From Anthoceros angustus (lineage: Eukaryota; Plantae; Anthocerotophyta), in NCBI GenBank assembly GCA_010909165.1, contig VJWM01000044.1, positions 310,001 through 374,000 of the forward strand: 64,000 bases of DNA, read 5' to 3'. The notes beneath the pieces are model-generated. The model worked only from the letters and a program-made list of their open reading frames with translations. It did not search any database and was not told where the DNA came from. Both the position numbers and the translations under genes were made by a program. Shown here in pieces: positions 24,895 through 37,399 of this stretch. The first letter of the stretch is position 1. The number at the start of each line of letters is the position of its first letter.

Positions 24895-24940
24895 CTGTTG
24901 TTGGCAAAGCGGAAGCGTGGTGGGCCCATAACCCATAGGT
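24895..24940 (+). pseudogene. 5' half of initiator tRNA-Met (nt ~1-46), unit 1; also 38816-38861 and 53036-53081
   Basis: 24902-24940 TGGCAAAGCGGAAGCGTGGTGGGCCCATAACCCATAGGT matches recalled plant tRNA-iMet nt 8-46 (TGGCGCAGCGGAAGCGTGGTGGGCCCATAACCCACAGGT) at 36/39 with the CAT anticodon intact. A TATAAATA motif lies just upstream. Confidence 0.85.
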
Positions 24941-24941
24941 T

Positions 24942-26483
24942 AACAGCGTCTGTGCAGAAATGGGTTTCTCCTGTCAAAAGAGGTTTTGGAAAAAATCCCA
25001 ACCCTATTTCGCCGGAAACTGAAGTTGGTTTGGTTTTTGTTGGTTTTTGTAGGTGTTCATCCATCGGTTTCGGGCATTCTACTCGGCACCACTTCTGTCA
25101 GTCATTTACATGCTGGCGCAGTCCTCGAGTTCATGGCGATTTAGGCGGTGTGATGAAGGGCTAGTGACCTCATTGTTCCATAATTTCGTCATGTCCGTAG
25201 TTTTTGCATTTTGTGTGGTTCTGCATGTTTTTGTATACCCGGGGGGCCTAGACGCGCATAAGTGAGTGCCTAAACAACGCTATGCACAATTTTTTGCACG
25301 TATTGTGCTAAAAGAACGCAAAAAATGATCTTCTAATGGGGAAACATGTCCTTTCGGAGCCCTAAGGATGTGTCGGAATTCCCGACAAAATAACAAGTAG
25401 CACACATCGGCGGAGGTTCACCTAGAACGCTCTCATATATCTATCTTATGCCCTAATGCGACGAAGAACACCCTCTCCCCTTTTTATCCTTTACGGTGTT
25501 TCCATCTCTTTCGACCGTGACCTAATACCGGGTTATCATCAAACATGCCAGGGGGGCTTAGCTGGGTGAACAAGTGCTGCACCAAGGGGCAAGGGGGCCC
25601 GGGTGCGCGCATCCGAGGTCAAGAAGGGCCTAGGAGCATGAACCCATTTGGTTCATGCCTCCTAATGCATTCTCAGACGGTTCATCCAAAGAAAAAGAGA
25701 AATCTAAAAATCCCAAAAGAATCCCAAAAGTCCAATTTTTGAGCGCGACTTGCCTAAAATTTTTGACAATTTTTAAATTTTTGGTATTTTTGATATTTTG
25801 TTATTTTAAAGGGTTCCTTCGACGCTTTTCAACCTTTTTGTGCACCTCCCTAATGTGGATATGTTCTTATCTTTACTTAGCCCTCATCTTTTTCTAGTGG
25901 TTAAAACTTTGAACTAGTAGTGAGAACCTTTTGCATCTTTTGAATCTTGAGACGTTTGGCATGGGCCCAGCTCCAAGTGCAAACCATGCCACTCTCATTC
26001 TTGCACTGCACGTGGATCAAGAGCATCAGGTGAATGAAGATATTATTGTCCCAATGTCTAAGAAACAAAGTCCAGTAAAATTCTCAAAGCGAGAGTATAG
26101 TCTTAGGATTGATTGGTATGAATGAAAGGTTGGTGCGCAAACAAGTTTGCGCACCAAAATTACGGCAAGCTCTAAAAATTCTAATCGTTTGTATACGTCC
26201 AACACTTGGCAATGATTGCCAGGTGTTGGAGCTTGTTTAGATGTAAGTGCGCGCATAAGTTTGCGCACGAATTCTGTATCTAGTTTGAAAGAAAAAGCTG
26301 AACGAGAATGAGGCTTTAAGTTTTTGCCACGTACTAGCAATCTACAATCTGAAATAACGTGTATCAAAACAATTATTCAAAAGGTTGTTGGGTGACATGT
26401 TTGCAGAGAAATACCAAAAAGGCTGATTATACTGCGGATTTCAAGGGGTTTAAGGAAAAACCCCTTTCTACACAGATGCTGTT
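24942..26483. mobile_element. ~1.55 kb non-coding insert with ~30 bp terminal inverted repeats, unit 1
   Basis: Left AACAGCGTCTGTGCAGAAATGGGTTTCTCC (24942-24971); right GGAAAAACCCCTTTCTACACAGATGCTGTT (26454-26483). No recognisable ORF. Confidence 0.75.
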
Positions 26484-26528
26484 GGTTGGCAAAGCGGAAG
26501 CGTGGTAGGCATATAACCCATAGGATGA

Positions 26529-26600
26529 TGTTGGTTGGCAAAGCGGAAGCGTGGTAGGCACATAACCCATAAGTCCGTGGATCGAAACGAGGCTTTGATA
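26529..26600 (+). pseudogene. Full-length (72 nt) degenerate tRNA-iMet followed by TTTT, preceded by another 5'-half copy (26478-26524)
   Basis: TGGCAAAGCGGAAGCGTGG...ATAACCCATAAGTCCGTGGATCGAAACGAGGCTTTGATA-TTTT aligns without gaps to recalled tRNA-iMet (…GGATCGAAACCTGGCTCTGATA). The acceptor 5' strand and T-stem no longer pair. Confidence 0.82.
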
Positions 26601-26639
26601 TTTTGATATAGTAGTTAAAGTTTTTAATAAGCTTTAAGT

Positions 26640-27400
26640 CTATATGAAAAAGACTACATGCAAGAATGATAGTTAAAGATTACATGCAGAAAGTAGTTAA
26701 CTTTTTAAGTAGCTTTAAGTATACATGAAAAATACTACATGCGAGAATGATGGTTAAAGATTACATGCCGTGCATTTATGGCTGGACTTTTCGACCATCC
26801 GATCATTTCTTCTCATGAAAAACATGCAAGGTGATACTCGAGTCTATGGCTCGACAATGGAAGCGAGCTGATTTCTTCTCATGAAAAATATACAAGACCA
26901 CCAGTTTAGCCAAATAGTAAGCTCTGCAAAACTAGACACACTGCAAAGTTTGCTATCCACGCACATTGCAAAGTTTGCTATCAATTTCTACCTTGTTATC
27001 TAGGCATAGTGCAAAGTTTGCTATCAACAAGGTAGAAGTAGTTAGAGACTGTGACTCCAATTCCAACTCAGAATATGGTGTGGTTCAAATTTCAGATGCC
27101 CATAATGGAAGGGAACAATTACGTGCAAGGATGATAGGTGGAGTCTATGGCTGGGCTTTCCATAATAAAAAGGGTGAGAGTCATAGGGTCACTTGTTCTG
27201 GAAACTGGTTCGGGCCGGATTCGTGAACAACGGAACGCGAGAACCCTACACTCTAACGCGTGTGCCGCCAGGCAGCATCCTGTGTGGGGATCCATTTTCA
27301 GCTAATGAAGCATGTACAAGCAGATACAGTCAAGTTAAAAAGAATACATGCCGCAAAGTCATTTTGCCGTGAAACTTTCCTACGGAGGAAAAAAAAACAC
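26640..27400 (+). pseudogene. Degenerate repeat region, probably PPR-derived; expanded in unit 2 (40560-41700) and unit 3 (54870-57540); paralogous piece upstream of GH9 (34600-34750)
   Basis: Recurrent FLLMKN(M/I)QD and [18 protein letters not shown] (PPR LF..M...VKP-like), MIGGVYGWAFHNKKGE and VRDxDSNSNSEY. The frame is conserved between paralogues. Confidence 0.35.
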
Positions 27401-27684
27401 AATTTACAGACAAATAGAAGAAGAGGGATTTGATTTAAGTCCACTAAGGACGGACTTCGTCATGAGACCTGGTACTTAACAACTTGTACCATGGTGTGCC
27501 TAAGCTACTTGCACCAAGGGCATCCACTCCCTTTAGGCACCCCATCTAAATACCGATCTAAGCTAGCATGCTTAATCACAGCGTTCTTATCAATTTGTGT
27601 GCATTTGGCGTTCTTATAAATACTCCAGCCAAGTTCCTCTTGGTAAAAGGCAAGATACTGTTGCTCCACAACAATATGGGACCC

Positions 27685-29560
27685 TTAGAGACACCGACTC
27701 CAAATCCAGCTGAGAATATCAAAAGTGGAGTCCAGAAGACCATCGGCTGAGCCACCTATCTGCTCTTAAGCTTGTTAGCCTGCAAGTCCTGCAAGAAATT
27801 GTACAGGTTAATAAAGTTTCAGCCTAGGTACAAGTCCCCGTTGTGGGAGAACCTGGCTGAATTTCAAGCGAATTACCTTTAAGGTACTTTTCCAAGATGC
27901 AAGTCTTAGGTCGACTTCGAAGGATGCCGAGCCCTCTGAGCTAGCAGCTTGGACAAACCTCAAACTATGCCTCGCTCAAAAATCTGGTTTTTCTGCGTGT
28001 TCTCACGCGTCTCTCAACCAAAGCTGAGTCCCCTGACTCTGCACCTGAAAGAGGCTAGCCCACCGGATGCCCAGTTCTGTACTAGGGTCTACGATAGCCC
28101 TTTGACAGTGTCTTCAGCTGTCCTTCGTTCATCTTCCTGTCAAACGAGGGCTTCAGACTGATGGAAAATGGTGGCCCAGTGCACTCACTACTTCCTATTG
28201 GACCCCTCTTTGCGTACACATATCAAACGAGTCTGTGTATTTCAGGAGGGAGGATGCACTTACCGAGATCGAGTCGTCTCCCTCCACCACCTCGGTGGAA
28301 AGCATAAGTCTCAGGTCCCATTCCGTGGCCCGAGATAGATCAGTAACCAGGTACCTGACCGGACGTCTCCTAAACTGCCAGAGTGCCAAGAGCATCAGCA
28401 AAGAGCTCTGCAATCCTACTAGGCGGACGAGACCATATGTTTTGAACACTGTAGATCATGAGAGTGTGCATTGTGTCAAGTGTAGACCTTGTCGATGGTC
28501 AAGGACTCGCCATGGGCCTTGCACTGGACCAAGAGAGGATGTCCAATTCCTTTTCGTAATCTGCAGGCCGACAATGTTGTGTCAGGGGTGACCATCGAGT
28601 TCAAGGTACCAGCTTCAGACACATTGTTACAGTATAATGTATACACCGGAGGAAGAAAGATACGAGTCACCTCTATGATGATAACTTCCTTCTCAACCGT
28701 GGGCTGCTTGTCCTCCTGAGATCGACAGGCAACCTCTTTCAGCCTGTCGAAATAATGTCGAGGAGTTTTGTGTCCAAAACTTTGAAGGTCGTGCAGGCCA
28801 ACGTTTTGGGCGACCCTCTCAAACTCCTCTTCAAGTTCAGTAAACGAGAAGGAAGGCAGACTTTCCAGTGTTTTTGGTCCCCTGCACAGGCGCGAGGGAG
28901 CACTGAGCTTCAAATTGCAGGGACAATGCAAAGTTTCAAAACTTTTGTGCATAACTCAAAAATGGGGCGTGAGCAGTGACGTCGATACTCCACGCGAGGG
29001 TAAAAGATCAATCGCCCAAAGCGCAGCCACAACAAAGGTCTCAGACGTCGGCCCGTCCGAGAGTCACTCGTGTCCGCACACGAGCTGGCAAACTCTTCGA
29101 GAGCTGCCTTCAAGTCCTGCTCCAGCTTGGACCGCAGTCGAAGGCCTTGAAGCGAGTGCAGCCTGATCCCGCAACCCCTGAGCCAAAGCTGGCGACGAGG
29201 CCGAAACCCAGGTTTAATTACAAGCCAGAAATCAATACGTGGATTGCAGATGCCATGATCAACCACAAGCTTTGCAAGCGTGGAACATGAACTGACAGAT
29301 ACCTCCATGAAATTCCTTCTGCTGAGCCAGAGCCGGAGCCGTAACCACGCTGAGCCGGCAGCAGCTGTCGTCATCGACGCGGAATCGAAGGGACTGGTCC
29401 ATCGGGGACAACATGTAAAGCTTGTTTATTGCGTTTGCAGAGTAGTTCAGCATCATCCCAATCCAAGGACGGAGAGGTCGTTCGTGGGACATCTGGAAAA
29501 GCTGGGCCGGTGGCAGATTGTGGCGCATCTTTTCGCAGATGTGGGGAATGTATTTCCCAT
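27685..29560 (-). CDS. Spliced gene for a conserved plant protein of unknown function (DUF7903-like, name recalled), unit 1
   Basis: Ordered motifs: (M)G.YIPH-like start, LNYSANAINKLY, LRPLLWLRFGRLIFY, SFGHKTPRHYFDRL, PDTTLSAC, VRYLVTDLSRATEWDLRLMLSTE, RAIVDPSTELGIRW, EVDLRL, then a GT-AG intron and last exon ending DILSWIWSRCL*. These parallel recalled angiosperm motifs ARFGKILF, VRHMVxDISCLDKNLDLRLML and SAILDPDVKGGLRWP. The start is tentative. Confidence 0.62.
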
Positions 29561-30091
29561 GCTAAGACTAGTCACTACAAAATCAAGGCTATGGACCTGG
29601 TCTTCGCCTGTCTCATGGAAACAAGTTGCCCTTTCCAGGGTTCTCTCAATGCCAGGTGAACGCTGCCGGATTCCTGAGAGAGAGCCAGAACGCTACGCTC
29701 CCGGACTTGTGAGAGTAAGAACCGGAACCTTCCGGATTTGAGAGAGCTGCGGATCGCCAGGCTTTACGGCTTCTATTGACGAGGCGCGTCGGGCACTAAT
29801 GATCAGATCTGTACATCCCCAACCGTGAGTTCGAGCGTGTTTAGGTAATTAACATAAAGCCAGTCGTCCCCTGTTGCCCGACTCCCTAGTGTAGGTACCT
29901 ACTCTCATCGGGTACTTCCCGCTTCACGCTCCGATAATTCAAATTGAATTCGCATTCACGGTCCGGCGACAGAAGCTAACCGCCACCTCTGCCAGACTCC
30001 AGCAACAGCCCCGCGAATTTATCCAGCCGTACTACGGTGGCTTACAATGATCCAACATGAAAGTTTGAGAGATCAGGTTTATCACCTAATA

Positions 30092-30611
30092 CAGTCCACC
30101 CCCTAATTGGGACTGGTTCGGAGTGCCTTTAGAGGTCCCATTAAGGGAGGTGTCCCGATTATATTTTCCTATTTAAAAATAATAAAATATTTTAAATTTT
30201 AAAAAAATAAAAAATACCCAAAAAAGAAAATTTTAAATTTTGATTGATAGGTTTCACTAAAAATAACTTTTACCACTTCTCTATATAGTTGTTTGAAAGC
30301 TAGCGCTCTCTAAGCAACATCAAAAACCTCTACCTACCATAAAGGAAAAAGCTTAGCTTAAGAGTCTTCAATCACACCTTAAAGTCTATTGTGCTTTGAA
30401 ATAATCGATTTTTTCTTTCATTTTTATTTTTATAGTAAAAAATTAGAAATCCCATTTAGGGAGAAACTAACATGAATGTATGTTTCAAAATGTCCCAATT
30501 ATCATTTAGGAAAAGTCCCATTTATTACATTGTAAACTAAAAGGAGTAGGATGGGAGGTCCCATTTAGAGAGGAATCCCATTTATAGAGTTCCCAATTAG
30601 GGGGCCGACTG
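30092..30611. mobile_element. Tc1/mariner-pogo-type MITE, unit 1
   Basis: TA|CAGTCCACCCCCTAATTGGGA ... TCCCAATTAGGGGGCCGACTG|TA: ~21 bp TIRs, TA TSD, AT-rich interior with repeated TCCCATTTA. Confidence 0.9.
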
Positions 30612-31430
30612 TATGTATCTGGCTTCAAACCTTGCAGAACAAAATCCTTTCGCACTTGATATCCAGCAAAGCCAACGATGAGGAACTCACACTAATCCGT
30701 GACATGGATGAAAATTAGGGCAAGCAAGTTGTAAGGGCAGCACGCAATGCAGAGAAACAACGTCTGCCCGCTTTTCTGAGGTTTATCATACTGGTGAGTG
30801 AGAAACAATGATACCGATGAACAAGTGAGGCTGTTAAACCTGATCTCTAAAATGCTGAAACAGTGACACTGATGCACAGGTGAGAGTGGTAGACCTGATT
30901 TCACTCATCAGTGTCAAAAGTTTAGACATCAGGCTTATCGTACTGATGAGTGAGATGAGGTTTACTAGTCTCACAGTTGTTGCACCTAGGATGTCAAGGA
31001 CAGTGATGAAAATAGCTGTGCCCTGTTGGCATCGGTAGATGAACACTTAAGGAATTGGAAAAAGATTGAAGTAAATTCTACCTGTCCACCTTACTTACAA
31101 TGAGGCAGCCTGCTGAACAAGATGTCTTTCTAAACTTGTGACCTGTCCGCGGCAACAGCACTTCTAGCTTGAACTAACCTTCAGATCTTGAAAGACCTGC
31201 AAAACAGATGGGACAGTTCCATGTCCTGTGTGTTATTGCTGAACACCTTGCTACAGCTTGACCGCAACACACCGGATTGCCATATGCATGTGACCATCAG
31301 TAAGCTCAGTCTGTCCGTTGAGGAACGCATTCCATGTTGCCACGATTGCAGCTCTCCCACACTCACACAAGCATGAAAAGGAGACACAGATGTTGCCCTC
31401 CAGTTGCATACTTTGTTTTCTGACCAACTC

Positions 31431-31860
31431 CTACCGTTGATACTTCCTTGCTTTCTCCCTCACATGGTTTATAATCTTGATCATGTTCTCTGCTTCATCT
31501 AATTGCCCTGTACGCCCAAGGAGATCCATCATGCAATCGCAATGCTCATTAGTAGGTTGATGCTGCATGCGGTTCAACCATGGAATCATAGCCAAGCTGT
31601 TAAATATCCGGCATGCATTTTCCAGTTCGCCACATTTGGCATATATGACCACCAGGCAAAATATTGCCCAACAGTATAGTGTTTGGCAACTGTCCTCCTC
31701 CCACAGGCTGAAACTATGCAGCTGCCTGTCCTTCTGTAAGGCACCAGCGCTTGTTTGTACAGGCCTTCATAGTACATGACGATCCATTTAGCAGGATCCA
31801 GACAAATGTTCTCCGCAAGTACTCTCCCTTCTGGCTTGCAGCGCTTATTCTTTTGATGAG
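31431..31860 (-). pseudogene. PLS-class PPR gene remnant, unit 1
   Basis: YAKCGELENACRIFNS and EHCDCMMDLLGRTGQLDEAENMIK; internally deleted. Confidence 0.8.
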
Positions 31861-32372
31861 GAAGCAATAAAACTTCCAGAGAAAACAGAGTCTGCTAGCC
31901 TAGTAGGCTGCCTTGAATAACAGTATGCAGTTTTCCTTTAGTTTCCACGGTGTTCAGTGCTATGGGCTGAGTGCACTTTTTAGCTGCACCTTGGGGACCA
32001 AACGTTCAGGACGGTGGGGCAGCCTCATGAACCTCCCCATCCGACACACTTATGGAGTAGTTACGAGCTTCAAGTTAGTGCACAGGGGATCAAAATTGCA
32101 CACACCTTGCGATGTGCAGTGTCCAGAGTACGATCAAGAGGATAGATTAGTATCAAGAATGAATTGGTACAGCCTCAGGTATACCATGGTTATGAACGTG
32201 TTTACATATAAGGGCAGCACAGGGGGCAATCCATCCATGAATGGGCCAGGTGCGCTCCGGCCACAGCTCTACCTATCTAATGCTGCTACTGGGTTTCAAG
32301 ACTAAGCATTACAGATATGGTACAAGCGAGTAGAGAAACGACTCCAAGATGTGAAGCAAGGGCAGCCTGGCA

Positions 32373-34095
<1,723 letters not shown>

Positions 34096-34747
34096 GCTTC
34101 AGCGAGCGCTGCAAAGCTGCTGCAGATGGAAACCAGGTCTGAGCTGTTGAGGAAGAAGATGGCGGAGAGATGAGCAGAATGCAATGCAAGAAACGTGGTG
34201 GAGGATGCCATTTATTGCAGCTGCAGGGGGAATGCGCCTGCTGCGTGTTGATGGAAGCCGCAAATGCGCCTGGCGTTCGCCTCGGTGCTCAGGACTGGGA
34301 TCTGAGCCACAGTTCATGGCGCCTTCTCCCGACCGTGAAAGCCGCTGGTGTGTCCCTTCACCCGTAACTCCGGTACCCGCTGTTGCGGCAGTTGCGGGGG
34401 ACCAAACTGGTTTCCACAACCTGTATGCTGAAGGCCGCTGATGTTAGATTCAGGGCAGCCCGTTTTCACTGGCATCGGACCGGCGACATCGCAGTCCAAG
34501 TGCGACAGAAGTCTATCAAGAATTATTGGTCGTTTGCCACTTGCGAAAGACCTCAATTCTAGGACATATTACTTTTATACGTAGTTTGAAGTACACATAA
34601 ATATATGGGAGAAATTATATGCAAGGATGAAGGCTAAAGTTTATGCCTGGACTTTTGATGATAAAAGGGTGGAAGTGGTGTCCCCATTGGAGATCTATTT
34701 TTGCTAATGAAGCATGTACAACAAGATAAAGTTCATTAAGCGTGCAA

Positions 34748-37377
34748 ATGTGGCAAAGGGGAGACTCCATTGATTTCCAGTGTTGGGGGCTTGTAGGTTA
34801 TTGGTTAAAAAGAAGCCCACGCCCGGGGTGCGCCCTGCAGTTGTTGGGGAGGCATTTTTTCAGCTCATAAGCCGTAGTATCGCCCTCCGGTTTGGGAGCG
34901 ATTCAAGCTCATCTTAGCCCCATCGGTATGGGATAGCTAATCCAAGGGCTTTGAGTCGTTGGCTTTGACATCGTAATGACTCTTAAGTCACATCCGGACT
35001 GGGTTGTCCTACGGGTCAATGTGGAAATGCTTTCAACACTATCTCCACGACGCCCATTTTCAACGAGCTGAAGGATGCGGGCGGGTAGCTGGCAAGTTAA
35101 TTCCTTTTGTTCGTTCTTTTTTAGTTCCCCGTATAACCTGTACTATTAGCATGGTCGCTCAGTGGGTGGGGTCTCCATGCTTGACTTGACGACAGGGACT
35201 AGCCAAGGGGATCTGTCATGCCGTGTGACACTAATCTCAGCGCTTGGGTTTAGTGTTCGATTAGTGCTAAGTAATCTACTTACTTATCTTTTAGTAAGTA
35301 ATAAGTATTAATTAATATAAAGTGCTTATATTAATTAAGCATTAATTAGTGTTAATTAAACATGGTTAGCAATAGCTAAGTGGATAAGTACACGTAATAT
35401 GCTTTAGAATATTCTTTTCATATTATAGTGTATTCTTAGGATATTATCTTCCTTGCATATTATAGTGTATTCTTAGGATATTTTTGGCAGATGCTGATGC
35501 CAATAGAATATCTTATGAATATGCCAATGCCAAGGGCTAATATATATAGAGCCTTTCACAGAGGACAAGCTCATATTATAGCTTGTCCTCTAGATATGCA
35601 ATGCAAGAGTGTTGTGAGGAGGCCAAAACTATACTCTGAGAGCGATGTGTGAGAAATTTGCGTGTTGTTCTCGTGGGGAGAATGTGTTTGTGCCACGACG
35701 TGCAAGCTACTCTATCCTATTGTTATTGGTTTGCACCTATATTTGCATATTAGATTTTTTTGCTTGGTTGTCTGTTGAGGAAGTGCTCATATGAATGCAA
35801 GTGCTTATCTCATGCGACAGATCCCATGGGGGGTGCCCTCTTTACCATGGCGGACTTCATGGCTCTGTCCACAGCAGTCTCCACGGAGTCGGAATGTCTC
35901 TTTCCATCAATTGCAGATGACACTCATATCGTAGGGCCCGGGGATAAGGTCAAAGAACTTTTCAAAATCTTCTCCTTAGAGTTCTTCCTCTTTGGTTTGA
36001 AAATCAAGATTTCGAAGTGCAAGATCTAGTCCCTGTCAAGAGTTACGCTCTTTCTTCAATATCCCGAGGAGCATATTGCTTTTCGCAGGGACTCCGCATT
36101 TTAGAGGTCCCGGTGGGGCCCTCGGATTTTATTCAAGATTACATGGACACTGTTATGAAGAAGAATTTGGCTCACAACGACAACCTCTCTCTATAAGAGG
36201 ACCCACAGGTGGTGTTTGGTATCTTCTTTTCTAACTTCGCAGGTCGCCTGAAGTACCTTCTCCGAACGGTGCCTCTCTCTTTGGCTTTCATATCTAGGCT
36301 GAAGGATTTCAACAAGTAGATCATACAAGTGTTGGAGGACATCATCGGCCCAGATACCTTTCAGTGTGGCGTGGGGGATCTTGCACGGTGGCAAGCGTCC
36401 CTGCTTGTTGCTTTTGGTGGCACAAGTCTACTGGCCACAGAGGCCTCGGCGCCGACAGCCTTTCTATGCAGCTGCAAGCTCTCTCTCTGCCCGTATCTTG
36501 GCTTCTCGCTTCCATATAAGGGATTTTTGCATCGTGAAGGGTTTCGTCTCAAGCGTTGAGGAAAAGGCCCTTCCCCCTCTAGGTGTTCTTAAGATTGGCT
36601 AGGGGCATCTTATCCACAAAGGCCAAGGATGCCTCTCGCCCTCGTTCCTCGGGGACGGTCTAAGGGGGCTTCAAGCCTATCTCTAGGAGAAGCAGTATGG
36701 CTAGGCGCATCAAGGGAAGGGAGCAGGTTCCTGGTTTCTGACCCAACTTTGTATCCAGGCCTTTCGAATTGCACCGACTTCTTTTTCTACTGTGATGAGG
36801 TTTTGCCTGGGCCTTATCCAATCTCTGGCTTGTTCTCTTACATCCTGCAGCTATGGGCCCACCTCCTCCCCTCTCCCCCTCCCACACTGGGACCCACTTA
36901 GCGGGTAGCACATCGCATTCCATGATGCCGTCCAAGATGTCATGTTCTCAATGTCCAAAGAGTGCGGAATCTTTCCTTTCAGGCCCATATACATTGCATG
37001 GCATGTCTCTCAAGGTTGATTTATTTTTGATCGGAGGGGACCAAGTCTATATTGTAGATGTGGTTGTAACAGATCCTATTCGGGACACCGTCAACGGGCA
37101 TGTCATCATCAACCCTCCGAACTGGGAGACGGAGGGATGCGCGATAGCGAAGGCTCACAAGTACACCTCCATGCAGGAAAGCCATGTATTCATTCCTCTT
37201 GCTATCGAGACTCACGAGACCATGGACAAGGATTTTTTGAAGTTTATCAAGGGTTGCACTAAAACCTACCACATCAGTAAGAATGGTGTAGGTCTCCCCC
37301 TTTCCTATGTGGCGGCTTTCTTTCAGCAACATCTTTTCATCTCCCTACAGAGCACGGTGGCAAACGCAAAATTTTAG
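34748..37377 (+). mobile_element. CRE-like non-LTR retrotransposon, unit 2: RT plus restriction-like endonuclease C-terminus
   Basis: RT motifs NAFNTIS, DPMGGALFTMA and PSIADDTHIVG. C-terminus KVDLFLIGGDQVYIVDVVVTDP...AKAHKY...FIPLAIETH...FISLQ (RLE-type). Confidence 0.8.
35224..35812. mobile_element. Solo LTR-like insertion (unit 2)
   Basis: Same sequence and insertion point as 22572-23161. Confidence 0.7.
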
Positions 37378-37399
37378 GACAACCATAAATGTGGGAGAC

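Noticed and set aside
24902-24940. Half-tRNA primer-binding site of a copia-type element
   Set aside because: The match covers nt 8-46, far beyond a ~14 nt PBS ending near nt 39-40. No LTR-terminal CA precedes it and no gag follows.
26478-26575. Short direct repeats (45-50 bp) as a CRISPR array
   Set aside because: Only two adjacent copies, no unique spacers, eukaryotic context, and the unit matches tRNA-iMet.
26529-26600. Functional tRNA-iMet gene
   Set aside because: The acceptor 5' strand and T-stem do not pair, and the anticodon is TAT in units 2 and 3, so it is called a pseudogene.
24895-26600. DIRS/Ngaro tyrosine-recombinase element (inverted plus split direct repeats)
   Set aside because: No RT, RNase H or YR coding remnants inside, and the direct repeats are explained by tRNA sequence.
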